NCBI GenBank assembly: GCA_026169045.1
Contig: JAPFDH010000081.1
Location: forward strand, 1-43,618
Origin: Lachnospiraceae bacterium
GTDB lineage: Bacteria; Bacillota; Clostridia; Lachnospirales; Lachnospiraceae
DNA length: 43,618 nt
Direction: 5' to 3'
Below are positions 19,288 to 29,744 of the stretch, piece after piece. Both the position numbers and the translations under genes were made by a program. The notes under the pieces are model-generated. The model made no database searches. It had not been told where the DNA came from and saw only the letters and a list, made by a program, of their open reading frames with translations. Position 1 is the first letter of the stretch. Each line of letters begins with the position of its first letter.

Positions 19288-20040
19288 ATGGAGCGATATC
19301 AGGATATTAATAGAAAAACCATTGATCGATGGGTGGAAGAAGGATGGGAATGGGGAATTCCAATCTCCCATGAAGAATATGAGGATGCGAAAAATGGAAA
19401 ATGGGAAGTGCTGTTAACACCAACCCGCCATGTACCTCATGAATGGCTTGGAGAATTAAAAGGAAAAAAAGTTCTTGGACTTGCATGTGGCGGTGGACAA
19501 CAAATGCCTATTTTTAGTGCTTTGGGTGCGGAATGTACCGTGTTGGATTATTCATCGAAACAAATCGAATCAGAATTATATGTGGCAAAACGGGAAGGGT
19601 ATCAAATTCATGTGATAGAAGGGGATATGACGAAGAAACTTCCGTTTGAAGAGGAAACGTTTGACATTATTTTTCATCCTGTTTCGAATTGCTATATCAA
19701 AGATGTACAGCATGTTTTTCATGAAGCCTATCGTGTCTTAAAAAAGGGAGGAATTCTTTTATCCGGTCTGGGTAATGAAATTAACTATATTGTAGATAAA
19801 GAGGAAAAAGAAATTATATGGAAAATGCCATTTGATCCATTGGTCGATGATAAAGCAAAACAATTTATGTTGGAAGAGGATTGTGGCATGCAGTTTTCCC
19901 ATAGCATGGAGGAACAAATCGGAGGCCAGTTAAAAGCAGGATTTCTGCTGGCAGATCTGTATGAAGACACCAATGGAAGCGGAAGGCTGCATGAATTAAA
20001 TATTAAAACATATGTGGCGACGAAAGCAATAAAGAGATAA
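19288..20040 (+). CDS. Class I SAM-dependent methyltransferase
   Basis: Motif I VLGLACGGGQQ and post-I acidic residue (VLDYS). Start ATG 19288 chosen over GTG 19276, which abuts the SD. Confidence 0.7.
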   Translation: MERYQDINRKTIDRWVEEGWEWGIPISHEEYEDAKNGKWEVLLTPTRHVPHEWLGELKGKKVLGLACGGGQQMPIFSALGAECTVLDYSSKQIESELYVAKREGYQIHVIEGDMTKKLPFEEETFDIIFHPVSNCYIKDVQHVFHEAYRVLKKGGILLSGLGNEINYIVDKEEKEIIWKMPFDPLVDDKAKQFMLEEDCGMQFSHSMEEQIGGQLKAGFLLADLYEDTNGSGRLHELNIKTYVATKAIKR

Positions 20041-20104
20041 AACAGTATGGAAACGGAGTGAGCCAATTGAGTATCAGATAAAAAAGAGCAGGAGGTGTTC
20101 GGTT

Positions 20105-20575
20105 ATGCGAAGAAAGGATCGGGAGGTTACTGACCCGGAAAAAATAGAAGCAATCATCGGTTCCTGTCATTGTTGTCGATTGGGTTTTTATGATAACGGC
20201 AGTGTGTATATTGTACCTTTAAGTTTTGGATACGAGAAATATGGAGAAAAAAGAGTTTTTTATTTTCACAGTGCCATGGAGGGAAGAAAAATAGATCTGA
20301 TAAAAACCGGTCAGGCCGTAGGGTTTGAAATGGATGCCAACTATGAACTCAGGCAGGCGGTAGATGCCTGTGGGTACACAGCAGGATTTCAGAGTATTAT
20401 TGGTACGGGAAAGGTATCTCTGGTTGAGACGATTGAGGAAAAAATCCATGGTTTAAAGCAAATTATGTGTCACAATACAGGAAAGACAGAGTGGACATTT
20501 TTGCCGAAGGTTTTGGAGCAAGTGTCTGTTTTTAAATTGGAAGTGAGTGAGCTTTCGTGTAAAGAGCATGAGTAA
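20105..20575 (+). CDS. Pyridoxamine 5'-phosphate oxidase-family (FMN-binding split-barrel) protein
   Basis: Length, N-terminal MRRKDREVTD...CRLGF pattern typical of PNPOx/Nim-like proteins. SD GGAGGTG. Confidence 0.6.
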   Translation: MRRKDREVTDPEKIEAIIGSCHCCRLGFYDNGSVYIVPLSFGYEKYGEKRVFYFHSAMEGRKIDLIKTGQAVGFEMDANYELRQAVDACGYTAGFQSIIGTGKVSLVETIEEKIHGLKQIMCHNTGKTEWTFLPKVLEQVSVFKLEVSELSCKEHE

Positions 20576-20646
20576 CGTTTTCATCAGAAAATCGGAAATG
20601 ATTTGTTGTCATTACGCTTAGTTATGATTAGAAAGAAGGTTCTAGT

Positions 20647-21021
20647 ATGTGGTTCATTTGGTTTATGTGGGCGTTTGCTGCCATCGTCGCTATTATAACA
20701 ATTGTTTTACTGACAGGAAAAGGAAGTATGCTGGTTTCCGGTTTTAATACGAAAAGTCCGGAAGAACGTGAAAAATATGATAAGAAAAAGGTGAGCAGGC
20801 AAGCGGGAGTTTTTATGCTTCTGATAGATATTGGACTCATTCTGTTATCTTCATATATTCATCTAAAAGTTCTTCCGGTAATACAAAATCATACCATTTC
20901 TGACCAGAGTACAGAAATCATGGCCGTTTCTTTCGGTTTCTGCGGATATGTGATCGCTGTCGCAGCCGTTGCAGTAATACGTGGCTTCAAGCATTGTTTG
21001 AAGGAAGACAAAAATTCCTGA
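20647..21021 (+). CDS. DUF3784 small membrane protein
   Basis: Two TMs with SGFNTKSPEEREKYDKKK (DUF3784 hallmark SGYNT...EKYD). Confidence 0.6.
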   Translation: MWFIWFMWAFAAIVAIITIVLLTGKGSMLVSGFNTKSPEEREKYDKKKVSRQAGVFMLLIDIGLILLSSYIHLKVLPVIQNHTISDQSTEIMAVSFGFCGYVIAVAAVAVIRGFKHCLKEDKNS

Positions 21022-21055
21022 CAAGTACGGAAGAAAACGGCGTTCATGATCCGGG

Positions 21056-22480
21056 TTATTTGGTATTCGTGTTGTTCTTCCGCATAAGAATGCATACTCC
21101 AACGATTAACAGGAGAAGCACCGCTATCATAAAAATAGGTGAAAACATAGACAAAGTATGGGATGGCGCTGTTGGGTCTGATTCCTGACACAGCGTAAAA
21201 GTGAGTTCTTCTTCCGGTAACCCGGTAAAATGACAGGTATAGCGGTTATTGGTATGCTCAAAAGCTTCCGGACCGCTTTCTGTCATATAATATGGGGTAT
21301 TTACAATGACAGAAATTGGACCAAACTGTTTCCAGCTTTTTGCTGGTGAGAGCAGATAGATGTATTCATAAATCGGCGGTTCGTACGTGGTATGGAAGGA
21401 TGGATAAATGGGAGCTGTTACCGTATTAACGATCGTTTCACCTGGTTTCAAGGTAATTGTGTACTCATACCAACGCATAAGGTTAGTGGATAGATCCAAT
21501 TGAAATTCGGAAGCGGAAATCACACCGAATTCACGTTCCGATTGTTTCATAAAAGTGATAGCAGCATTGTACCAGTCCTGTTCTGAAATTTGGGACTCTT
21601 CTTTGTATTCCGATAGAACGAGATCTTTTAAGGTTATCACATCCGTCCGGATCAGTGTCATGGTACCGTTTATCTTTTTATCACAGGCACCATTTTCATA
21701 AAATGTCCATTCCGGCATCTGGGACAGCGGCTCTCCAATTACATTTACAACAAATGGTTGATCCTGAACCCAGCATTCCAGCTGTGTGCCATTATCCAGC
21801 AAGGTTCCGCCATTTTCATTTTCCATGAATACTTTTGTTTTGGATGGATCAGAAGAGACAATCCATGCGGCATTGGCAGCAGTGTATTTTTGGGTATCCA
21901 CATTTTGGGCAATATAGGTATACTGGGTGACCGGTGTATCAGGAGAATAGAAGGTATCCGTCAGATAGCCGTTGTACAATAAAGCCATATCCCGTTCCAA
22001 GTCAAATTGTGAATGATGCAGCGATAACGTATGCCGTAGCGTTTTCTCAATGGCCGTTCCGTTCACAGTAATGTTGTATTTTTCTGTATCTGCAGCGAAC
22101 AGCCGTTCATCTGTTTTCGGATCCAGAAGAATGCCATAATCCGGAACGGTTCCAAAAGGAAACAGTAAAGTAGCCTCTACCATATAATCTGCGGGGTTAT
22201 GAAAGGTATATTCTGCGGTAACTTTTCCGGTATAGGATAAATAGTCATGGACATTTCCATAATATTGTTTGGGGAATTCCTGAATATCAAAGGTCAGAAT
22301 TTCGGATTCAACGATGATAGGGCAAGTATCATTTGTCACAATAGCTCCGGTAGCAGTTGTGCCAGTCCAATGAGCCTGGGCAGAGTTTGCGGATACTGGC
22401 AAAGGAAAAGCAGCTGACAGAAGAAAAATAATACTTATAAGAACAGAATAAATTGAAACCAAAGAACTCGTTTTTTTCAT
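21056..22480 (-). CDS. Secreted hypothetical protein with signal peptide and C-terminal membrane anchor
   Basis: N-terminal signal peptide (MKKTSSLVSIYSVLISIIFLLSAAFPLPVSA) and C-terminal TM plus basic tail (IFMIAVLLLLIVGVCILMRKNN). SD GGGGGG upstream on the minus strand. Confidence 0.6.
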   Translation of the reverse strand: MKKTSSLVSIYSVLISIIFLLSAAFPLPVSANSAQAHWTGTTATGAIVTNDTCPIIVESEILTFDIQEFPKQYYGNVHDYLSYTGKVTAEYTFHNPADYMVEATLLFPFGTVPDYGILLDPKTDERLFAADTEKYNITVNGTAIEKTLRHTLSLHHSQFDLERDMALLYNGYLTDTFYSPDTPVTQYTYIAQNVDTQKYTAANAAWIVSSDPSKTKVFMENENGGTLLDNGTQLECWVQDQPFVVNVIGEPLSQMPEWTFYENGACDKKINGTMTLIRTDVITLKDLVLSEYKEESQISEQDWYNAAITFMKQSEREFGVISASEFQLDLSTNLMRWYEYTITLKPGETIVNTVTAPIYPSFHTTYEPPIYEYIYLLSPAKSWKQFGPISVIVNTPYYMTESGPEAFEHTNNRYTCHFTGLPEEELTFTLCQESDPTAPSHTLSMFSPIFMIAVLLLLIVGVCILMRKNNTNTK

Positions 22481-22712
22481 TTCCCATACCCCCCATTTTT
22501 ATGTTTTTTTTCATATCCTATTACAAAAAGCATATCACAAGAAAGGGAAGAAATCTATGTTAATTGATCGGTTCTGGTTTGGAAATTTTTGTGGTATTGG
22601 AAATTTAAAAAGTTGGTTGTGACAAAGATAGGTAGGCATGATATAATGCAGATAAATAAGAAAGTTGTGGAAAACGGATAGCATGAAACCTTTGTGGGGG
22701 AGGTAAATGTAT

Positions 22713-23477
22713 ATGAAACGAATTCGATCATTGAATTGGTATCAAAAGGGGATTATGCTTTTTATGTTTCTCATGGTAGTAGTCTTTACCGTGATGTATC
22801 CGATGACCATCGCTCGTGAGGGATTTGCCTATAAGAATGCGATTTTGATACCAAACCAGGAAAATGGAAACACTGTCTATTCCGGTAAAGTCGATGGAGG
22901 ACAGGCTAGTTTTATTGTATATGCTGACAAGTCGGTGATATTCCGATATAAGGATAAAACGTATGGACCTTATATCGCTAAGGAGGATCCAAGTGCCGTT
23001 CCAAAGGAGAATGTGCAGGCAGAATATATGACCGGTGTAGAACTTCTCTGCGGTGAAAATGTCATATTTCGCGGCGGCATTTTGGATGGGGAAGGCTATC
23101 GATGGCTATATCACGAAGATGGAAGCCTGGAAAATATTGATATTTCAGTGGTGACCAATTATGGAACAGTTATGGATGAAACTGGTAAGGTGAAGGATCC
23201 CATGGAACCATCCCCTTCGACCATTATTGATTTAATGAGTGGACCGAAACTGACGCATAAGGGGGAATGGTTTGGATGGATTGGTGGTGTAATGATCTGT
23301 ATGATTACAGCCATTTTCATTTTGTTTGCCGATGAAATATTCCGTTTGCATTTAATTTTTCGGATTCGCAATGCAGATGAAGCAGAGCCATCGGAGTGGG
23401 AAATAGCGGGGCGGTATATTAGCTGGACCGTTCTGCCAATTATGGCTTTGATCCTGTTTATTATTGGGATACAATGA
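22713..23477 (+). CDS. Hypothetical membrane protein (1 N-terminal and 2 C-terminal TMs)
   Basis: ORF with SD GGGGGAGG. No recognisable domain. Confidence 0.5.
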   Translation: MKRIRSLNWYQKGIMLFMFLMVVVFTVMYPMTIAREGFAYKNAILIPNQENGNTVYSGKVDGGQASFIVYADKSVIFRYKDKTYGPYIAKEDPSAVPKENVQAEYMTGVELLCGENVIFRGGILDGEGYRWLYHEDGSLENIDISVVTNYGTVMDETGKVKDPMEPSPSTIIDLMSGPKLTHKGEWFGWIGGVMICMITAIFILFADEIFRLHLIFRIRNADEAEPSEWEIAGRYISWTVLPIMALILFIIGIQ

Positions 23478-23599
23478 CAAAACGGGTCTTTTAGATGTTT
23501 TGCATGTGATTAAATCACTGAAATAAAAACGGATTGGATCTATAATAAAAACAAATACAGAGATATAAAAAGGCTAATATCTAGAAGGAGATGTATCAG

Positions 23600-23986
23600 A
23601 TGAAAAAGATTATTCCGTTATTAATAGCTGTTTTAATTTTAGGAGGATGTGCGTCATCGAAAGAAGAAACCCCGACATATCGCCAGGTTAGCACAGAAGA
23701 GGCCATTGCGATTATGGAAAAAGAAAGCGGATATGTGATTCTGGATGTCAGAACAGCGGAAGAATTTCAGGAAAAGCATATTCCAAATGCAATTAACATT
23801 CCAAATGAGACAATTGGTCGTGATGAAATAAAAGAATTGCCGGATAAGGATCAGCTGATTCTGGTATATTGTCGCAGTGGAAATAGAAGCAAACAGGCAT
23901 CTGAAAAATTGGTTAAATTAGGTTATACCAATATTGTTGAATTTGGCGGTATAAATAGTTGGACCGGAGATACTGTCTCAGAGTAA
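23600..23986 (+). CDS. Rhodanese-domain lipoprotein (single-domain sulfurtransferase)
   Basis: Lipobox LGGCAS. Active-site loop YCRSGNRS. SD AGAAGGAG. Confidence 0.8.
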   Translation: MKKIIPLLIAVLILGGCASSKEETPTYRQVSTEEAIAIMEKESGYVILDVRTAEEFQEKHIPNAINIPNETIGRDEIKELPDKDQLILVYCRSGNRSKQASEKLVKLGYTNIVEFGGINSWTGDTVSE

Positions 23987-24027
23987 ATGTGTCATATTGT
24001 TAGAAAAGAAACGATTAATAGTTAGTA

Positions 24028-24063
24028 GCAGATATTCTTATGGGTATCTGCTATTTATTTTGG
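24028..24063 (+). terminator. Rho-independent terminator
   Basis: TAGCAGATA...TATCTGCTA plus TTTATTTT. Confidence 0.7.
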
Positions 24064-24180
24064 AAAGAGATCCATACGTGATTACATCACGGAAATTTTG
24101 AAAATAATTTGTTATATTAAAAACACAAATAATAAATTTCGATAAAATACAACACTTGTGCTATAAGGAGGATCATAGAT

Positions 24181-24501
24181 ATGGGATTATTTGACCGATT
24201 TAAACCGAAAGATATTAATCTGGGAATAAAGGAATATGAGTCAGTTCCGGGGGCCGTATTGCTGGATGTTAGAACGTCACAGGAATATAGAGAGGGACAT
24301 ATTCCAAAAAGCAAAAATGTGCCACTACAGATGATAGAGCAAATTATATCTGTTGCCGACAGTAAACAGACACCGTTATATGTATATTGTTATTCTGGAT
24401 CCAGAAGTAGTCAGGCAGTGACCGTGTTGAAACATATGGGATATAGAAACGTAAGTAATATCGGAGGAATTGCCTCTTATTCGGGAAAGATGGAATATTG
24501 A
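24181..24501 (+). CDS. Rhodanese-domain protein (cytoplasmic single-domain sulfurtransferase)
   Basis: Active-site loop YCYSGSRSS. SD AAGGAGG. Confidence 0.8.
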   Translation: MGLFDRFKPKDINLGIKEYESVPGAVLLDVRTSQEYREGHIPKSKNVPLQMIEQIISVADSKQTPLYVYCYSGSRSSQAVTVLKHMGYRNVSNIGGIASYSGKMEY

Positions 24502-24593
24502 TGACGGATATAAGAATTACAACAAAAATTTCAAAAGATAGCAGAAGAAATTTTGCAGATGAGCATTGATTTTATGGATAGGTAAAGCAGATA

Positions 24594-24639
24594 CCCCTCT
24601 ATGTCTTGATAAGATATGAAGACACAGAGGGGTTTTTTT
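24594..24639 (+). terminator. Rho-independent terminator
   Basis: CCCCTCTATGTCTT...AAGACACAGAGGGG plus TTTTTTT. Confidence 0.8.
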
Positions 24640-24752
24640 GAGGATGGAAATGTATTTAGAGGGATGCTGCGTAGTAAAAATAGATTCCGTATTTGTAGGG
24701 ATTTTGATATAATTATAGTATATTGTGTTGGATATGAGAAGGGAGGATTTAC

Positions 24753-25319
24753 TTGGAGGTTACAGTGATAAGATCAAATAGAAAAACAATGGCGATTCAG
24801 GTAAATCCTGATCTTACGGTAACGGTAAGGGCACCCATGCGTGCTTCTAAGAAAGAAATCGAACGAATCTTACAGGAAAAGGAAAGCTGGATTCGAAATG
24901 CGATGAATCAGCTTCGGGAAAAAAAGCGTTTATATGAACTGGAAGACATCAAACCGTTATCTCATACTGAGCTTCAGGAGCTGGCAGAAAAGGCTATGGA
25001 GTATATATCCGGCAGAGTTGCTTATTTTTCAAAGCAAGTGGGAGTAAGTTATGGCAGAATTACGATTCGAAATCAAAAAACCAGGTGGGGGAGTTGCAGT
25101 GGAAAGGGCAATCTTAATTTCAACTGCCTGTTAATGTTGACACCGCCGGAAGTCATTGATTATGTGGTGGTTCATGAGCTTTGCCATCGAAAAGAAATGA
25201 ATCATTCGAAGGCATTTTGGCATGAGGTGGCTAAGATTCTTCCGGATTATAAGAAGCATATGCAATGGTTGAAAAAGGAAGGCGGAAGAATTATGCAACG
25301 GAACCCAAGAAAAGAATAG
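24753..25319 (+). CDS. YgjP/DUF45-family metal-dependent hydrolase (M48-like, HExxH)
   Basis: HELCHRKEMNHSKAFW signature. Family-typical N-terminus including IRSNRKTMAIQV, so the TTG start at 24753 (SD GAAGGGAGG) is preferred. Confidence 0.75.
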   Translation: MEVTVIRSNRKTMAIQVNPDLTVTVRAPMRASKKEIERILQEKESWIRNAMNQLREKKRLYELEDIKPLSHTELQELAEKAMEYISGRVAYFSKQVGVSYGRITIRNQKTRWGSCSGKGNLNFNCLLMLTPPEVIDYVVVHELCHRKEMNHSKAFWHEVAKILPDYKKHMQWLKKEGGRIMQRNPRKE

Positions 25320-25336
25320 AAGTGGGAGGATGAGGA

Positions 25337-25876
25337 ATGGGACATTTTTATTTTGTTCGTCACGGACAGACCGTGTGGAATGTGGAAAATAAGATTTGCG
25401 GAGTGACTGACAGTCCGCTTACGGAACAAGGCCGTGAGCAGGCGCGGGAAACCGGCCGTAAGATGATAGCGGAGGGAGTGGAAGCAGATGAAATTCTCTG
25501 TTCACCGCTTAGTCGGGCAGCAGATACGGCACAGCTGATTTCCGAAATAACAGGTATTCCATATCGGATAGAGCCGCGATTAATCGAGCAAAACTTTGGT
25601 AAATGGGAATCGACACCCCGTGATGGATTGGACTTTAAAAAAGCCAAAGAATTCTTTGCTTACAGTCATGAAGGTGGCGAATCTACACTTCGTCTGGCCC
25701 AGAGGATCTACAATCTGCTGGATGACATAAAGGCAGAAGCTGATAAAAAGACGTATATTCTGGTTGCACATAACGGAATAGCCAGAGTTGTACAGTCGTA
25801 TTTTATGGATATGACCAACGAAGAATATGCAGCATGGGGCGTGAAGAATTGTGAAGTGATTCGGTATGATTTTTAG
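25337..25876 (+). CDS. Histidine phosphatase-family protein (phosphoglycerate mutase-like)
   Basis: N-terminal RHGQTVWN catalytic motif. SD GGGAGGATGAGG. Confidence 0.8.
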   Translation: MGHFYFVRHGQTVWNVENKICGVTDSPLTEQGREQARETGRKMIAEGVEADEILCSPLSRAADTAQLISEITGIPYRIEPRLIEQNFGKWESTPRDGLDFKKAKEFFAYSHEGGESTLRLAQRIYNLLDDIKAEADKKTYILVAHNGIARVVQSYFMDMTNEEYAAWGVKNCEVIRYDF

Positions 25877-25888
25877 GAGGTGAAATCC

Positions 25889-26410
25889 ATGGGTTTTCAT
25901 ATAGAAACCGTACAGGGAGATATTACAAAGGTTGATGATTTGGAAGCCATCGTAAATGCAGCAAATAACAGTCTGCTGGGTGGAGGTGGTGTGGATGGTG
26001 CCATTCACACCGCGGCAGGATCAGAACTGCTGACAGAATGCCGTAGCTTACATGGCTGTAAAACCGGCGAAGCGAAGATTACACATGCTTATCGCCTGCC
26101 GTGCAAATATGTGATTCATACCGTAGGACCAATTTGGCGAGGTGGTAATCATGGAGAGCCGGAACTTTTGGCGAGCGCCTACAGAAATTCTTTGCAGTGT
26201 GCTGTGGACAATGGAATCCGGACATTGGCATTTCCGTCGATCTCTACAGGTGCCTACGGCTATCCGGTAAATCAGGCGGCTGTGATTGCAGTGAAAACTG
26301 TGAGAGAGTTTTGTGCCAAAAATCCGGGGAAGATTGAAATTGTGCGCTTTGTTTTATTCCGTTCAGATATATTGGATGCGTACGATAAAGCTATTATAGA
26401 TATAGCTTAA
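25889..26410 (+). CDS. Macro-domain protein (O-acetyl-ADP-ribose deacetylase / ADP-ribose-binding, YmdB-like)
   Basis: GDITKV...[21 protein letters not shown] macro signature. Start ATG 25889 after AGGAGGTG. Confidence 0.8.
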   Translation: MGFHIETVQGDITKVDDLEAIVNAANNSLLGGGGVDGAIHTAAGSELLTECRSLHGCKTGEAKITHAYRLPCKYVIHTVGPIWRGGNHGEPELLASAYRNSLQCAVDNGIRTLAFPSISTGAYGYPVNQAAVIAVKTVREFCAKNPGKIEIVRFVLFRSDILDAYDKAIIDIA

Positions 26411-26561
26411 GGGGGAGACAAAGAAAGGTTGTTTTTGAGAAAGGAATTGAAAGAATAACTCTGGTTTGACTTGGAAAAGATGATTTAGTTTATTAACAAA
26501 ATGATTGACTCAATATTCGTAAATCCAAGTGAAGATATTGATTATATTAGGAGGGGTAGAT

Positions 26562-27182
26562 ATGGAAGAAACAAAAAAGCAAAAATTATCTTTAGGGGTA
26601 TTTATAATTTTTTATGTCGTATTAATGGTATTATATCAGGTGAAATGGAAGGGAGAAAACATTGCAGCAATTATATTTAATATTATTACAATAATTGTAG
26701 CATTGTGTTTCATATATAAAGAAGATCTGTTAAGAAAGTGCTTTAGTAACGATTTTTATAGTATGCAAATTATGAAAGGATTTCTTTTTGGGTGTATTGT
26801 GGTAGTATTAACATTAATCAGATACGCAGCAATGGGCGGCGAACCATTTAGAAATCTAACGGGGATACATACCAATCTTATTCCATTTATTTTTATACGT
26901 GTACTATCTGTTGCTGCGGAAGAATTAGCTCTTAGAGGGTATATGTATGAAAGTATGAAAAAACAAAATTTTTCATGGTTAGTAATCATATTTATTATAT
27001 CACTACTCTATGGAGGGCTTATTTATATTTTCTACGGTAACATATTTAATGCTTGCTTTTGCTTTGGATTCAGTGTATATATTTGCTGCTTAAGACAATA
27101 TATTAAAAACTATACGTTGTTTTCAGCGATGTTAACACGTTTTACGTATAGTTTTTGTGTGGAATATATTTTAGGTTTATAG
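26562..27182 (+). CDS. CPBP-family intramembrane metalloprotease (CAAX protease / bacteriocin-immunity-like)
   Basis: Multi-TM protein with EELALRGY (EExxxR motif 1). Very AT-rich gene. Start ATG 26562 after TAGGAGGGG. Confidence 0.65.
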   Translation: MEETKKQKLSLGVFIIFYVVLMVLYQVKWKGENIAAIIFNIITIIVALCFIYKEDLLRKCFSNDFYSMQIMKGFLFGCIVVVLTLIRYAAMGGEPFRNLTGIHTNLIPFIFIRVLSVAAEELALRGYMYESMKKQNFSWLVIIFIISLLYGGLIYIFYGNIFNACFCFGFSVYICCLRQYIKNYTLFSAMLTRFTYSFCVEYILGL

Positions 27183-27402
27183 AAAGATGAAGTATAAAAA
27201 TTGCATGACAGGAAGATACTAGGATGCTCTGAAATATGTATTTAAGTTAGAAGTCAGTGAATGTGTAATAGTGGCTATGGATAAGTGGAAGCCTATCCAA
27301 TAGTTTTATCTCCACATATGTTTTATATCTAACATCAATTTGTGCGGATAATACTTCTATGCAGGAAATGATTCAACGAAAGAAAAGAGAGAGGTAACCA
27401 AT

Positions 27403-28641
27403 ATGGCATATAACGAGCTGGTGAAGAATTTCAAGCGTATACGTGATTATATGAGAGAATTTTATGTGTATGGTTTTAAAAGCAGAGATGAGTTTATCCA
27501 AAAGAGTACGCGATCCTATGATGATGAACGCCGTCGTTTGGAAAGCTGGCTTGGTGATTATATGCAGTTTCGCCAGACTCCGGAAGGAAAAAATATATTT
27601 CTCTCTATTGATAGTCGACTGACGAAGCATAACCCATTGTTCAAAGCTTGGAAAACAAAAAGCTTTACGGATGGAGATATCACACTGCATTTTGTGCTTC
27701 TTGATATCTTGTCAGATCCGAATATCCGTATGACAACAGGAGAGATAACAGAACGCATAGATGAATATCTTTCTCAGTTTACAGAACCCAGAATGTTTGA
27801 TGAATCAACAGTAAGAAAGAAGCTTAAGGAATATGTTTCGCAGGGAATCTTAATTTCAGAGAAAAAAGGAAAGGTATTGTATTATCGAAGGGCAGAGAAT
27901 ATTCCGTTACCGGATAAGGATATGCTGGACTATTTTTCTGAGGTGCTTCCATGTGGTGTGATAGGATCTTTTCTGTTGGATAAGATGGAGCAAAGCAGTA
28001 GCCATTTTGCATTTAAGCATCATTACATAACCGGTACAATGGATACAGAGATTCTCTATTCCGTGTTTCTTGCAATAAGAGAAAAGCGTGGTATGACACT
28101 TGAAATAATCAACAGATACAATCATCGTATTACAGAAAATTATGTGATTCCGATTAAGGTGATGATAAGTGTCCAGAGTGGGCGGCAGTATCTCATGGCA
28201 TACACACCTCGATTTAATAGGATTACGCCGTACAGAACAGATAATATTATTTCTGCTAAACTAGATACGATCAGTGAACGTTTTGATGAGCTGCAAAGTA
28301 CATTTGAGAAGATGCTTCCGAATATGTGGGGAGTAAGTACAGAGGGAAGGACTGGAGCGAGAATCGAGCATGTGGAATTTACGGTTCATTATGCAGATGA
28401 TGAAAAGCATATTCGAAATCGATTGGAACGTGAAAAACGATGCGGTATTGTTGAGCATCTGGATCATAATACCAGCAGATTCTCGGCGGATGTATTTGAT
28501 GCCAGTGAGGTGATTCCATGGATCAGAACTTTTATCTGTAGAATCACAGAGGTCCATTTTTCAAATAAGGAGCTGGAAGAGCAATTTAAAAATGATATCA
28601 ATGATATGTATGCTCTGTATGGCATTGGAGGTGATGAGTAA
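27403..28641 (+). CDS. WYL-domain transcriptional regulator (wHTH plus WYL; PafB/BrxR-like architecture)
   Basis: wHTH-like block LLDILSDPNIRMTTGEITERI...VRKKLKEYVSQGIL. WYL-like block YVIPIKVMISVQSGRQYLMAYTPRFNRITPYRTDNII. Translationally coupled to the next gene (TAA-ATG adjacent). Confidence 0.55.
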   Translation: MAYNELVKNFKRIRDYMREFYVYGFKSRDEFIQKSTRSYDDERRRLESWLGDYMQFRQTPEGKNIFLSIDSRLTKHNPLFKAWKTKSFTDGDITLHFVLLDILSDPNIRMTTGEITERIDEYLSQFTEPRMFDESTVRKKLKEYVSQGILISEKKGKVLYYRRAENIPLPDKDMLDYFSEVLPCGVIGSFLLDKMEQSSSHFAFKHHYITGTMDTEILYSVFLAIREKRGMTLEIINRYNHRITENYVIPIKVMISVQSGRQYLMAYTPRFNRITPYRTDNIISAKLDTISERFDELQSTFEKMLPNMWGVSTEGRTGARIEHVEFTVHYADDEKHIRNRLEREKRCGIVEHLDHNTSRFSADVFDASEVIPWIRTFICRITEVHFSNKELEEQFKNDINDMYALYGIGGDE

Positions 28642-29547
28642 ATGATTTTCAGTGAACTTTATGGTGCGTATTACAATACGGTCGCAGCAATTCTGGCGGA
28701 AGCAGTTACTCATCCGGTTTCAGAAAAAAATATTGGAAATATTATCAAGAAATATGCTTTTTCAGAAAGTATATGGGCAATTTCTGATGCTATTAAGGAA
28801 GAAAGGTGGCAAATAGTAAAGGCAGATGGAACAACACCAATTACCAATAAACCATCTATGCCGCTTACAATTTTACAGAAAAGATGGTTGAAGGCAATTG
28901 GCTGTGATCCGCGATTAAAGCTTTTCGGAACGTTTGATTTTGATTATCCGGATGTAGAACCTCTTTTTCTGCCAACGGATTATATCATATTTGATAAGTA
29001 TGCAGACGGAGACGATTATACAGATGAACGATATATCTCCAATTTTCGGTTAATTCTCGATGCAGTAAGAAATCAGTATCCGTTGAAAATTGAAACCTTA
29101 AATAGAAAAGGAATGCAGATCAGCCAGGTGGTACTGCCGGAATATTTGGAATATTCGGAAAAAGATGATAAATTTAGATTGATCGGTGCTGGAAACCGAT
29201 TTGAAAGTACGATTAATCTTGGGCGTATTATCAGCTGTAAGCGGTATGAAAAATCATTGGAAATCACACAAGGAAAATGTAATTCTGCGCGATCATGCTA
29301 TGTTGTTTTTGAGCTAAAGGATGAAAGAAAGGCTTTGGAACGGGTGCTCCTTCATTTTGCTCATTTTAAGAAAGTTGCCAAACGCATAGAGGAAAATCGA
29401 TATTCCATAACTATTTATTATGATAGAGAAGATGAAACAGAGATCCTAATCCGTATCTTATCGTTTGGTCCGTTGATAAAGGTTACAGCCCCTGTGCATT
29501 TTATAGAATTAATGAAACAGAGATTATTGGAGCAAAAAAAGTTGTGA
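28642..29547 (+). CDS. Second WYL-domain protein (paralogous partner; PafC-like)
   Basis: WYL-like block QISQVVLPEYLEYSEKDDKFRLIGAGNRFESTINLGRIIS. Tight coupling to the upstream regulator. Confidence 0.45.
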   Translation: MIFSELYGAYYNTVAAILAEAVTHPVSEKNIGNIIKKYAFSESIWAISDAIKEERWQIVKADGTTPITNKPSMPLTILQKRWLKAIGCDPRLKLFGTFDFDYPDVEPLFLPTDYIIFDKYADGDDYTDERYISNFRLILDAVRNQYPLKIETLNRKGMQISQVVLPEYLEYSEKDDKFRLIGAGNRFESTINLGRIISCKRYEKSLEITQGKCNSARSCYVVFELKDERKALERVLLHFAHFKKVAKRIEENRYSITIYYDREDETEILIRILSFGPLIKVTAPVHFIELMKQRLLEQKKL

Positions 29548-29571
29548 GCATTCGTGTTCGCAACTTTTTTT
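29541..29571 (+). terminator. Rho-independent terminator after the WYL pair
   Basis: GTTGTGAGC-ATTCGT-GTTCGCAAC plus TTTTTTT. Confidence 0.65.
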
Positions 29572-29627
29572 CCGTGATAAAGGAAGACAGATTTTGTAAA
29601 ATAGCATTGTAATTACTTCTCAAAGGA

Positions 29628-29742
29628 TAAAGATGCTTACAGCAATTTTCAAGATATGTGATTATTTCTAAGAAAGAGTTCCTGATTGGTATTCAGGATA
29701 TTACCGGTGAGATCCTGGGTTTGTATTGAAAAAGCATCTTGT
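29628..29742 (+). ncRNA. Candidate Y-RNA-like structured ncRNA 1 (ends paired by a 9-bp stem)
   Basis: AAGATGCTT (29630-38) pairs with AAGCATCTT (29732-40). Internal hairpins CCTGA...TCAGG and CAGGAT...ATCCTG. ACAGCAA motif just inside the 5' stem. Possible promoter GTGATA-18-TAAAAT upstream. Confidence 0.35.
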
Positions 29743-29744
29743 AA

